Source: Octopus sinensis (Eukaryota). From it: a stretch of DNA of 64,000 bases. The first letter of the stretch is position 1; each line of letters opens with the position of its first letter. Made by a program: the position numbers and the translations under genes. Shown piece by piece: positions 36,686 to 50,011 of the stretch. The stretch lies in assembly GCF_006345805.1 (NCBI RefSeq), contig NC_043003.1, forward strand, positions 117,476,061-117,540,060, given 5' to 3'. The notes beneath the pieces were generated by a model. That model searched no databases and was not told where the DNA came from. It was given only the letters and a program-made list of their open reading frames with translations.

Positions 36686-38532
36686 ACAGATTATATCGAC
36701 CCCAGTGCTAAACTGGTATTATGTTATCAACACTTGTACTCAAATGGCCCTTATTATATCGACCCCCAAAAGAATGAAAGGCAAAGTTAACCTCGGTGGC
36801 ATAAGGTTATATGACACTCATGCCTTTCTCAGTCGAGAATTGAAATCGCTTTGCTTGTATACAAGACTTGTTCTTAATAAATCAGCTTATCCTAGAAGTG
36901 AGCCTCCCCTCCACACACGCAAAAGGAAAACCTTATTAACACCTTATCTATTTATGAAAATATTTTTTTAATGAAATATCTTTCTGAAAAATTATTGTGT
37001 ACTCGTAAATATAATAAAAAGTAAATGTCACTGCACATGCGCAGAAGCAAAACGATATTTATTTTAAATATTACATTAAAGGCAGAAATAAGAAATTTTA
37101 TGAAAATTGCCTGTGTAGAGATAATATGCCAATATGGAATTTTTGATACAACCAAATATAAGACGATTTATTTATTTATTGGATCAAATTTATTCATGGC
37201 TTAAATGTAAATATTGAAATTTGATATTCGGGTTTTAGCCCAATATCTACATATGTTAGCTGGAAAGCTTCAACAGGTAAATACAGGGGGGAAATTTCGT
37301 TGTTATTTTATATTTTGTTTTTATTCATATATGAAATTATGAAATTATGAAATTTTCTGCGCTCTTTCTTTTTCCTTTATTTTTCTCCCTTTTTTCTTTT
37401 TTTTTTTTTTTGTCTTTTTTTGGCTTGCTTTTCACAGCTTCTATAGCGAGAAAGAAAATACAAATTATTGGCTATTTTACCGTTTATATTGAAGAAAACT
37501 TACATTGATACAAACACGCCAATATAACTTCCATAAATATTGATTCCTTTTCACTGGTCATATGACGAGTTTGTTTTTGTCTTTTGTTTTGTTTTTTTCT
37601 GGGAAAAGCGTAAATTTATTGGACACGGTGCAGGAAGTTCTTTTATCCATCTCGAGAGTGAAATAAAAATCAAAGTCGATTTAAAGGTAGATTTGAACTC
37701 AGCACATTGACTTTTGCTTGTTCAACCATCCATTCTACATTCCTCAGCTTGTTATGTGAAGTTTCTATTTGGTCGCTCAACCAGCTAGAAAGAGCAACCA
37801 AATTTCCTTCTTAATGAGAGATGCGTTGGATAATGTAACCTTCGTTCCCTGACTGGGGAAAATGGGAGGATCATGAATATGGTGCCATTGGCCAAAAATT
37901 TCCTCGAGTTGATCTGAGGATATGCGACAAATCCTCGATAGAGAAATGAAACGCAAGATTTAAGAATTGGACTCAGTAAAATATGCAAGACAAACACTTT
38001 AATCCAACATTTCACTAGTTATACAAACAAAATTACGACTCCCATACATTAGCTTCGGCTCATAGACGATTAGTAATTTCAAGGGAGACGGGATGAGTCG
38101 ATTACATCAGCCCCAGTGTTTCACTGGTACTTACTTTATCGACCCCGAAAGGAAGAAAGGCAAAGTTGACCATGGCTGAATTTTCAGTTAATTTTGCATG
38201 GACTTATATAACCTCTCTATAATTTCTACAATTTTTGCTTTTATGATCTACCATTTTGCTTCATGTATTAATTTCTCTAGTATCTAAACGACCGTAACTA
38301 ATTAATAAGCATAATGCTGCTACCGTTATTCTTTTGATCGTTTGTTTCTTTTTCTATTCTTCTTGTCGAGAAGAATATTTTCTCTCTGTATGTACAGTGG
38401 TTGGGCTTTGTGGTGTTAAAAGACACTAAATTAGCATGTCCCCTGTTAAAAGGTATTTTCTAGGTCGCTGCCATTGCAGGCAGAGGAGATTTGACAGGCG
38501 ATATCTAAGTTGCATGTAGCTATGTGTTCAGA

Positions 38533-38915
38533 GGCAGTTTTTAACATAATTTCTAGGTAACTAAAAAATTTTAAACTTCGTATACTGGTAGAATGTGTTT
38601 ATAAAGTATCTTTTCTCTTGGCTTTATTGAGAAAATTCTATAGTTTCTAAGATTTTTTTTTTCTTCAATTTCTGCAATTTCAACCAATCAGTGACGTCTA
38701 TTGAGTTAAAAAGCATTCTGTGCCGTATGAATATGTCCCTCGTTTAAGAAACAGATTGGGTTTATTTACATTTGTGAAGAAAAAAAGATACCCCTCACCC
38801 CTAACCCCTAACCCTAAAAGAGATTGAAATGCAATAGATAGATTCTAGGGTCATAATTATGGGTGACAATTTCATATGACACCGCTAGAAAAAACTGCCG
38901 TTCAAACCGAAAAGA
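38533..38915 (+). mobile_element. Non-autonomous element with subterminal inverted repeats and internal (CCCTAA)n, HINE/Helentron-like
   Basis: GGCAGTTTTT at 38533 and AAAAACTGCC ending at 38899; ccctaacccctaaccctaa at ~38798-38816. Confidence 0.55.
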
Positions 38916-39150
38916 TCCCATCTGTGTTCTCTTTTTTATAAAGACAAATGTTTTTGTTTGTAGGTAGACTGTTCGTTGTTTGCTAGAAATTATAGCAATC
39001 AGGATGTGAATATTCGTGAGGAAGAGTCGGGTGACATAATCAAAAGCAGAACACGTTGGATTTGATAGATTACAAGACAGAGAGAAACTGGTAGCAAACA
39101 AGTCGTTATAGTCTGGTCTGACAACAAACTTCTTATCAAGAAATGAAAGA

Positions 39151-39204
<54 letters not shown>

Positions 39205-39928
39205 ACACACACATATATATATAAAGGCGGAAATGAGACAACTCAGGTCAACGGATTTGCTGGTGTCAAATGACAACATTGCGCTTACCGAAATTGTCAA
39301 GATTGGGGGGCCTTGGTGCTTGACATATTAGAGCAGGTTCCGAGTTGATCGGCACTTATGGATCACTTAGAATAAATAAAAACTCGAAATTATGCAAATT
39401 ATCATAATGCCTGTTTCTATTATATTTTAAATTGGAAGTCAGAGTGTGAAGGTTCATCATAAGCAGAGTTACAGAGGTTTCCTTTCCGATGGCTGAGATA
39501 TATTTTCCTATGTGCATCCGAACATATACAAATATTTGACGTAATGTTTGAGCGTGTATATGTGTGTAATGTGTGTGTGTGTGTATGTGTGTGTGTATGT
39601 GTGTGTGTGTGTGTGTGTAATAAGAAACGTGGGATTCAGGAAATTAATTCGAATATTTCAGTCCTTATTACATGAGAAACCGTGGATAAGGGGATGAATA
39701 TAGAAGTAAAACAGCCAGTTACCCCAAAAATGTTTTGCATAAACTGGAATTCGAGAAATGTATCGATCGTAAGAATAATGCATCCATCCCAGAATAGAAA
39801 AAGAAACAAACGATCAACAGAATAAAGGTAGCAGCATTATGCTTATTAATTAATTACGATCGTTTAGATACTAGAGAAATTAATACATGAAGCAAAATGG
39901 TAGATCATAAAAGCAAAAATTGTAGAAA

Positions 39929-40385
39929 TAGGCGCAGGAGTGGCTGTGTATAGGCGCAGGAGTGGCTGTGTATAGGCGCAGGAGTGGCTGTGTGGTAAGT
40001 AGCTTGCTAACCAACTACATGGTTCCGGGTTCAGTCCCACTGCGTGGCATCTTGGGCAAGTGTCTTCTGCTATAGCCCCGGGCCGACCAATGCCTTGTGA
40101 GTGGATTTGGTAGACGGAAACTGAAAGAAGCCTGTCGTATATATGTATGTATATATATATATGTATTTGTGTGTGTTTGTGTGTCTGTGTTGTCCCCCTA
40201 GCATTACTTGACAGCCGATGCTGGTGTGTTTACGTCCCCGTCACTTAGCGGTTCGGCAAAAGAGACCGAGAGAATAAGTACTGGGCTTACAAAGAATAAG
40301 TCCCGGGGTCGATTTGCTCGACTAAAGGCGGTGCTCCAGCATGGCCGCAGTCAAATGACTGAAACAAGTAAAAGAGTAAAAGAGT
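39929..40385 (+). mobile_element. Family A SINE with triplicated 5' 22-mer
   Basis: taggcgcaggagtggctgtgta repeated twice before the normal head; full body and tail. Confidence 0.93.
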
Positions 40386-40642
40386 AAATTATAGAAAGAT
40401 TATATAAGTCCATGCAAAATTAACTGAAAATTCAGCCATGGTCAACGTTGCCTTTGTTCCTTTCGGGGGTCGATAAAGTAAGTACCAGTGAAACACTGGG
40501 GTTGATGTAATCGACTCATCCCCCCTCCCTTGAAATTACTGACCTTGTGTCAAACTTTGAAACTAATATTAAATGAAAATACAATAACACACATCATCAC
40601 GACTGTCAACAATGTGATACAATGAATATATGCAGATATACT

Positions 40643-40858
40643 CTTTACTTTTTTACGTGTTTCAGTCATTTGACTGCGGCCATGCTGGAGCACCGCCTCC
40701 AGTCGAGCAAATAGACCCCGGGACTTATTCTTTGTAAGCCCAGTACTTATTCTATCGGTCTCTTTTGCCGAACCGCTAAGTGACGTAAACACACCAGCAT
40801 CGGTTGTCAAGCAATGCTAGGGGGACAAACACAGACACACAAACACACACACACACAC

Positions 40859-40889
<31 letters not shown>

Positions 40890-40899
40890 TATATATATA

Positions 40900-40940
<41 letters not shown>

Positions 40941-41105
40941 TATATACGACAGGCTTCTTTCAGTTTCCGTCTACCAAATCCACTCACAAGGCATTGGTCG
41001 GCCCGGGGCTATAGCAGAAGACACTTGCCCAAGATGCCACGCAGTGGGACTGAACCCGGAACCATGTGGTTGGTTAGCAAGCTACTTACCACACAGCCAC
41101 TCCTG
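40643..41105 (-). mobile_element. Family A SINE, near full length
   Basis: Reverse complement of the family consensus; inverted relative to the 39929 copy ~260 bp away. Confidence 0.93.
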
Positions 41106-41502
41106 GTCCTATAAAAAGAATAAGAACATAGCAATAAATAATATTAAGTTGGCGTATATTAGAGAAACTGGTAAGCAAGAGAACTCTGAAAAGAAAGTGT
41201 TTCGTTATTCTCCTAGATAATATAGACTGCAACATCAATGTCATTAGCGCTGACACAATAAAAAAAGTCGCGATTTACAGTGTACAGATAGGAGAAGAAT
41301 GATAAATGTCAAGATGCCAACAGCAGCAGCAATTATTACTGTATTCTCAGAATTGTCACTAATAGGGGGAAGAGAAACATTTTAAAGAAATAACTAAGAG
41401 AAAGAAGAAAAAAAGGACTTGGAAGATAAAAGTTAGGATGCATGGTTGAAGAAACTACGTGCTTCCCAGAGAATCATGCTAAATACCGTATTATTAAATC
41501 AG

Positions 41503-42083
41503 TACCCAAAAGTAACCGGAAACGTCCTCTGTAGAACAAGCCCGCTGTAGTTCAGGCTTCCGCCGCTAGATGCCACTTGAGGCAATCCTCAGGCATCAGC
41601 CTGCCGACCGGCGTCGTCAGCTGCGGTCGTACTGTCACGTGGTGCGTTTATGTTTTAAAGTGCTTCTCACCTATTCGTCGATTTTTGCGATGGCTGAAAC
41701 GAAGGAACAGCATGCTTCCGTGAAATTCTGTTTTTCTGCTGGGGTAAATGGCGGACGAAACAGCTGAGATGCTTCAAACGTCTTCCAAAAACGCTGCCAT
41801 GAGCAAAAGATAAGTTTACAAGTGGTTTTCACAATTCAGGAATGGTCACTTGTCGTTTGAAGACCAAGCTCGTCCAGGGTAATTGTTGACCTCCCGAACG
41901 AATGAAAACATCATGAAAATTCATGAACTGATTTTGGAGGACCATCACCGAACAATTGACGAACTTATTGATATGACCGGTGTGTCCTGGAGCCCCTGCC
42001 AACGAATTGTGAGTGATGAATTGCAGATGAAAAGAGTTGCAGCGAAATTTGTGCTTCGTTTGCTCACGGAAGATCAAAAGCAG
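41503..42083 (+). pseudogene. Mariner transposase remnant (5' end and N-terminal HTH region)
   Basis: From ATG 41690, with frameshift and stops: MAETKEQHASVKFCF...VYKWFSQFRNGHLSFEDQARPG...RTIDELIDMTGVSWSPCQRIVSDELQMKRVAAKFVLRLLTEDQKQ (WVPREL-type motif). TIR-like gtacccaaaagtaaccggaa near 41505. No DDD domain. Confidence 0.88.
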
Positions 42084-42298
42084 CCACGACATTACCCTCT
42101 TTCGGTTTACAAATGTAACTTGTATGTTTAGTGACAGCAGGTTTTTTCAGCGTATTAGGATTTTGAAAGATTTTTGTTTGAACTTCCCCCGGCCCATATC
42201 CATGTAATGTTTCCTGTGGCTGATTAGTGCAGTATGTTTGAAGAAATTTCCACTCCAGATGTTACCGACTTGGTGTTGCATGCTTGCTTTAACTGGTA

Positions 42299-42686
42299 CT
42301 AGCAGTATCGCCCAAGGTTGCTCGGGTTTGTTTCGACCCTTTAGAATTGGAATTTTTGAAAAGTGAAAATTGTGCATTATGTAACTTGTTATTCTCTTTT
42401 AGTGAACATTTTTCTGGTTGGAATACACAGAAAAATGGTGATACAGCAGTCAAAAAATCGTAAAAAAATAGGGATTTTCATTGAAAAAAAGAACCTTTTT
42501 GACGTAAATAATTTTTGGTGTTAACATGGTCCGATTTGAATTTTTTTTTTCTACGGAAGGAAGAGCAAGCCTTCTTCTATAACACTCTCAATTTTGGTCA
42601 ACTTGCGCCGCAGGGTCTCGGAGGAGATAGTGTTGAAGGCTACCAAACCTGCCATACACAGACAACTTCAGCTTTATATATAGAGA
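42299..42686 (-). mobile_element. Non-autonomous Helitron, second family
   Basis: Minus strand A|TCTCTATATATAAAGC...CCCGAGCAACCTTGGGCGATACTG-CTAG|T: TC/CTAG ends, A|T target, same 3' terminus as the 3367 and 58338 family but a different interior. Confidence 0.85.
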
Positions 42687-43319
42687 TTTACAACCTAACA
42701 ACGTGAACAATTTTGAATTGAGTATTTGACGAGTTTCCTAATAATGAGGGTCTTCAGATTTGGGAACGCAACAGCCGTTTATTTTAATGATTATGCTATT
42801 GCGTATCTTCATATAAAGATGGTTTACCGAAACATGCTTGTCTTCTGGACAAGATCTTAGTTACCAGTATTTGACTTGACATGTAAAGAAAATGGAGGCA
42901 CAAGCAGCTTATTTATTGAATTCTTTACCTGAATTGTAAAGGTTCTGGGTTGGAGATATGAACTTGTTTCTCTTTGGAATCTTTCGCCCTTTCGGGGGTT
43001 GATAAATAAAGTAACCAAAGAGAAGAATCCCTTTTTCCTTTCTTTCACACTTGTGATACAGAGACCCAGATTGTGATAGTGGATCATGCTGAAACGGTTT
43101 GGAATCTGAGCTCAGGCCACGGGTCGAAGGCTTGCAGAGTACTCAACCGCTTATATGTTCCTTCAATCTGTTTGTCGAACAACTCGGTGTTCATCGTCGA
43201 AACCGACGGAGAGTCTAGTATAAACGAACACACACGCACACACACACACGCACACACACACACACATAGCTTGAAATTATCACTATTTAATTTGACTTCA
43301 TCTTTACAAATAAATATAT

Positions 43320-44071
43320 ACATACACAGACACACAGACACATAATACATGCATACATATATACATGGATACATACATACATACATACATACACACACAT
43401 ATACATACGTACATACATACATACATACATGCATACATACATACACACATACATACATACATACATACTTACATACATACATACATGCATACATACATAC
43501 ATACAGACATACATACACACACACATACATGCATACATACATACATACATGCATACATACATACACGCATACATACATACATACATACATACATACATAC
43601 ATACATACATACATGCATACATACATGCATACATACATGCATACATACATAAATACATGCATACATACATACATGCATACATACATGCATACATACATAC
43701 ATGCATACACACATACATATGTACACACATGCATACATACATACATACATGCATACATACATACATACATGCATACATACATACATGCATACATACATAC
43801 ATACACACACATACATACATACATACATACATGCATACATACATACATACATACATGCATACATACATACATACAGACATACATACACACATACATACTT
43901 ACATACATGCTTACATACATGCATGCATGCATACATACATGCATGCATGCATACATGCATACATACATACATACATACATACATACATACATGCATACAC
44001 ACATACATACATGCATACACACATACATACACACATGCATACACACATACATATACACATACATACATACA

Positions 44072-44104
<33 letters not shown>

Positions 44105-44680
44105 GCATACATACTTACATACATACATACATACACACATGCATACACACATACATACATACATACATAATACATACACACATACATACTTACACATATA
44201 CATACTTACATACATAATTACATACATACATACATACATGCATGCATGCATACATACATACATACATACATACATACATACATACACACATGCATACACA
44301 CATACATACACACATACATACATACATACATACATACATACATGCATACATACATACTTGCATACATACATACATACATACATACATACAGACATACATA
44401 GACACACATACATACTTACATACATACATGCATACATACATACATACATACATGCATACATACATACACGCATACATACATACATACATACATACATGCA
44501 TACATACATCCATACATACATACATACATGCATACATACATACATGCATTCATACATACATACATACATGCATACACACATACATACATGCATACACACA
44601 TACATACACACATGCATACACACATACATACACACATACATACATACATACATACATACATACATACATACATACATACA

Positions 44681-44713
<33 letters not shown>

Positions 44714-44996
44714 GCATACATACTTACATACATGCATACACACATACATACTTACATACATACTTACATACATACATACACATATACATACTTACATACA
44801 TACTTACATACATACATGCATACATACATCCATACATACATACATACATGCATACATACATACATGCATTCATACATACATGCATACATACATACATGCA
44901 TACATGCATACATACATACATGCATGCATACATACATACATACATACATGCATACATACACACACACATACATACATACATACATACATACATACA

Positions 44997-45026
<30 letters not shown>
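43320..45026. repeat. Large (CATA)n array with CATG, CACA and CTTA variants
   Basis: About 1.7 kb; all overlapping ORFs are artefacts. Confidence 0.97.
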
Positions 45027-45027
<1 letters not shown>

Positions 45028-45132
45028 GTGTATGTATGCAAAGTCATTCGTTGTAAGGCACCAGTAGAGCTTCATCTCAACAATTTCTTCTTATAGCCCA
45101 AAGACACAACCTTACATCACAAGTGAGGTTCC

Positions 45133-45171
<39 letters not shown>

Positions 45172-45319
45172 CTCTCTCATTTGAATAATGTGCTTTAGAG
45201 GGAAATTCCCATCTGGTTCAAACAGAAAGTTACAAAATAAATATATTTTCTCATCAGAATTTCGAACGTCAACATAAATTTCTCATAGGTTTTTTGCACA
45301 AAATAATCTCTTTTATTTT

Positions 45320-45352
45320 ATTATTATATTGATGATGATGATGATGATAATG

Positions 45353-45407
<55 letters not shown>

Positions 45408-45490
45408 CAACAACAACGATAATAGATCATTATAATAATAATAATACATAAGAAGACAAAATAATACCAATAATAACAATAACAATAAAA

Positions 45491-45545
<55 letters not shown>

Positions 45546-45643
45546 TGATAAAATAATAAAATAATAATAATAATAATAACAACAACAACAAAAATAGTAA
45601 TAATAATAATAATAAATAAATAAAAATAATAATAATAATAATA
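45320..45643. repeat. (GAT)n/(AAT)n/(AAC)n array
   Basis: Direct inspection. Confidence 0.93.
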
Positions 45644-46563
45644 AAAGATACTTCTGTTATTTTTTGTGTTAAATATTTTTATATCTGTTGTGAAAATATT
45701 TTTTATCCAATAATTTTACAAAAACAAACTATAAATTATCATAAATATGCATGAGTTTATAGTGATAATGGTGAGGCTCACTTGTAGAGATGCTAATGTA
45801 AAATGTAGCTTATACATCTGTATTGAAAAGTCCATGGAAACTATGTAGTTAGTTTGTATTATGCTTTTGGTTTTCATTGAATTATTCGAAGGCGGGTTTG
45901 CTCTAATTTTTCGGGGGTCCAATGTGAGGAGTTAAGTCCCCTTTAAACTCTTCTCAAGAATCTCTTTCATTTGCATTGCTCTACATAAGTCAGTTAATTC
46001 GGTTAAATCAATCAGATGGAACTAAATCCCGCTTTATCCAGTCGGTACAATTAGCAAACAGATTGGTGTAAAAAAAGTCAATTACATGTAGGAATCGAAC
46101 CCGCAATGCAGATGCAGCAGGCTTAGATTTTGCTATCACTCTGAGGCATTCGCGTATGTTTTTTTCATGGTTAACTTATATGTAGGTATTCCTGAGAAAG
46201 TAAACGTTTTGGCTTCACAATTTGGCACAAAACCAGCAATTTCGTGGAGGAAGTGGGTAAGTCGATTAGATCGATTCTAGTTCTTGTTTTATCGATCTAG
46301 TAAAATCGACTTCGATAGAATTTGAACTCGGAACGTAAAGACGGACGAAATGCCCCTGAGCGTTTTGCTCGGAGCCGTAACAATTCGGCCACTTCACCGC
46401 CATAGGGGTGAGTAAATATTGGTAATCTGTTCTTTCGGTAAGACTCATCTGCCAAAGAACTGAGACCTGTTGAGACGAACTTAGAGAATACCATTTGTGT
46501 GTGTATCTACTGTTTACATATGTGTCTATGTGTACGTGTGTGTGTGCGTGTCTATGTGTGTGT

Positions 46564-46564
<1 letters not shown>

Positions 46565-46647
<83 letters not shown>
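46565..46647. repeat. (GATA)n
   Basis: Perfect tetranucleotide run. Confidence 0.97.
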
Positions 46648-46869
46648 TTATAGCATAAAGAAGATGGCTAGACGCAATATAAGACCCAAAAATAAATTCA
46701 ATAGTCACTAACAGTGACTGAGGATACAGAGTAACAGCTACATCGCTAGAAACAAGAGTCAAAGACTCTTTTAGCCACAAAAACATATTGTCTATGCACA
46801 GACAGGGGAGATAAGCACCCCACAGCGAGAGCGAGTTCACTATACTAGCAAGCTAGTTTCGCTTCGAAT

Positions 46870-47080
46870 ATATGTGACTGCGTGTGTTTCGTTGGCGATT
46901 TTTTTCTTCCGTCTTCCCTTCCTTGGATCTTTCCTTTTCCTATGTTTCTGACGAAGAGCTCCGCTGGAAACGTTAAATCGCCTTCTTTCTTTCCTCCTGA
47001 GCGTCCAAAATACTAGATTTGTTCCACGTCCTCCAGTGTGTTTTTGTGTTTGCTCTGTGTTTTCATGTTTGGATTAACGA
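46870..47080 (+). mobile_element. Penelope-type pLTR fragment with minimal hammerhead motif
   Basis: gttt-CTGACGA-A-GAGC-tcc-GCTG-GAAAC-GTT-aaat at 46944-46978; the downstream ...gagcgt...aatac... resembles the sequence following the 5940 motif. Confidence 0.62.
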
Positions 47081-47407
47081 TATATATATATACAATAAAG
47101 GCTCCTAAATATTGTATAACTACATGAATAATATTTTTCTATATGAATAATATTTTTGTCTTATGACTAATTCGTCTTTTGTGAGGGGCACCTGGTAGTA
47201 AATAATATTACTACCCTCTTGTTATATTCGCATATATATATATATAATATATTATTATATAATATATATATATATATATATATAATTATATTACTTTATT
47301 TTAAGCAGCAGAAAATTCAAAAATCTGTTACTCTGAGTTTCTCGTTGCCGTCATCAGACAGTTTTTGTAGAATGGAACTAGAATGTTTTGCTAGAATGTG
47401 TTACTCC

Positions 47408-47442
<35 letters not shown>

Positions 47443-48500
47443 AAATGAAGAAAATGCTGACAAAATAATTTAAGTAAGGGAGAGTGTATTTAATTAGGTG
47501 AAAGTTCTTTTTACCGGTTGTGCATTTGTTATGCTTATCAAAAGATATTTTTTAAGAGAGATAGAGTTCCTTTCTGATAGATTTTTTTCTCTAATCTATA
47601 TATATAATAGATTATAACTGAAAGTCTCTGATTTCCAGTAACCAGAGTTGCTCATTTCTAATCATCAGCCGGTAAACTGAGCCTGGTTTACTTTTTGGTA
47701 GCCACTGTATGAATAGTTTTTGAAATATGAAGTGAAAGCCGAAATGAAACGCTTATCTTTATGTCCTTCAGTTTGTATATTTAAGATGGCTTCCAAACGG
47801 CTTCTGTCTACTCACAAGACATTGGTGGGGCTGGGACTACAGTAGGAAACCCTTGCCCAAGGTTATGTTCAGTGAGACTGAACCTAAGTTTCCTATTTAT
47901 TCTATCTTATCATTGGCCGAACCGCTAAGTTACAGGAATGTAAAGCGAACTTCCTAACTACACAGCCAGGCCTAAAGTTTGAAAACATTAACTGAGGTGT
48001 TGTTGTTTATAGACAGGTCAGCCCTGATTGAGCTACATCCGTGACCATCTCACCTTACTTTCAAATATAGTATACCTGGCGATACCTTATTGACAGTGAG
48101 ATCAGGAAATTGCTTCGCAACCACCGGTTCTAATTCCAATGTCAGAACACTTAAGAAGTGTCTTTTTACAATAGCTTCAGCAGATTAATGCATTTTATAT
48201 GCAAGTTGGAAGACGCAGTATGTATAAATATTACGTACCAAGCTTCATATATCAGTACTGAAGAAAATATGCCCTTCTCCATTTTAAGCATTTGGTTTGA
48301 GGTAGATCAGGCTGCTATTTCTAACGAGCCCAACGACCTCGTAGAGGCTTCTTCCTTGGCTTGTCATATATAGTTATACAGCATGGATCACATGCTAAAC
48401 GTTTAAAACCTTTGAATGGTCTGAATGATCTGCTGATTTTGTATGTTTGTGTGTGTGAATATACATACATATATATATATACATATATATATATTATATA

Positions 48501-48532
<32 letters not shown>

Positions 48533-48647
48533 GCTGTGATATATGTTTAAACACATACAGTCATTTATGTGTATGTTTTGTATGTTTGTACTTCTGTGTA
48601 TACGTATGAATTTTTGAAAGATAGATTCATACGTTCATATTTAAACA

Positions 48648-48711
48648 GATAGATGGATAGATAGACAGACAGACAGACAGGTAGATAGATAGATAGATAG
48701 ATAGATAAATG

Positions 48712-48777
<66 letters not shown>

Positions 48778-48807
48778 CAGATAGATAGTTAGATAGATAG
48801 ATAGATG

Positions 48808-48873
<66 letters not shown>

Positions 48874-49095
48874 GAGATAGAGAGATAGATGAATGGGTGG
48901 ATTGGTAGATATAGGCACATGCATGGATATGTATATAAATGTATATATAATATCTATATATATGTCGTATATGTACACCATATATATATATATATGTATG
49001 TAGCGAGAGAGAGATAGAGACAGAGACAGACAGACAGGCAGACAGGCAGACAGACAGACAGACAGACAGACAGGCAGACAGGCAGACAGAATGAT
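48648..49095. repeat. (GATA)n/(GACA)n arrays
   Basis: Direct inspection. Confidence 0.95.
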
Positions 49096-49810
49096 AGACA
49101 GACACATCCCGAAAATATGTTCAATATTAAGAATATGTGACCGAGTCACAAATAAAGAACACCATATTGAAAAGGCAACGTGATGGTCAAAATAATATAA
49201 TGGTCGGCCGGAAATTACTGAAAAACTTTGCAGAGAGAGCTAACATGGCGTGTTTCTTTCAGAATTATTTCATTTCCGGTTTCGATGGCTTCATCACAAT
49301 TTCGCTCCGTTCGGACAAATTTAGTTACAGATAAACAGTTCGCTTTGGCTTGTTTATAGTCACCTTTGCTATGTCACCATTATTACCGACACCTACCGAC
49401 CACCACCTCAGACACTTTTGCTATTTTCTTCAAACTATCACTCTATTACGAGTGTCACCACATTCACCAACATCGACCACCACAACAACAACAACAACAA
49501 CAACTAGCAATGTTGTTCATGTGGCTATTGACAGTAACTTGTCACCAACATTATTATTAGAACCGGCACCACCAGAAATTGTCACTGCGACGACTGCTAC
49601 GCGCATTGTTGGTGATACGGCCATTTTCAATGCCTTTCCCAGCAACACCGCCGCCAGCACCACGCTGGATATCATTATGATTACCACCAATAACTCAGTA
49701 ACACCACAACAACTACTACTACTACTACTACTACTACTACCATTATCTCTATCCCACTACCACTACATCTACACACTACTACTAGTAGTACTAGTTTGAC
49801 ACAAAGTTTG

Positions 49811-50004
49811 ACACAAGGCCAGTAATTCTGGGCTTAAGTCGATTATATCGACCACAGTGTTCAACAGCTACTAATTTTATTGACCCCGAAAGGATAAGAG
49901 GTAAAATCGACTTCGGGGGAATTTGAACTCAGAACGTAAAGACAGGCGAAATGCCGCAAGGCATTATTCCCGACGTGCTAACGGTTCTGCCAGTTCGCCG
50001 CCTT
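49811..50004 (-). mobile_element. Diverged family C SINE
   Basis: gtcgattatatcgacc...gaatttgaactcagaacg...ctgccagttcgccgcctt. Confidence 0.8.
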
Positions 50005-50011
50005 ATACGAA

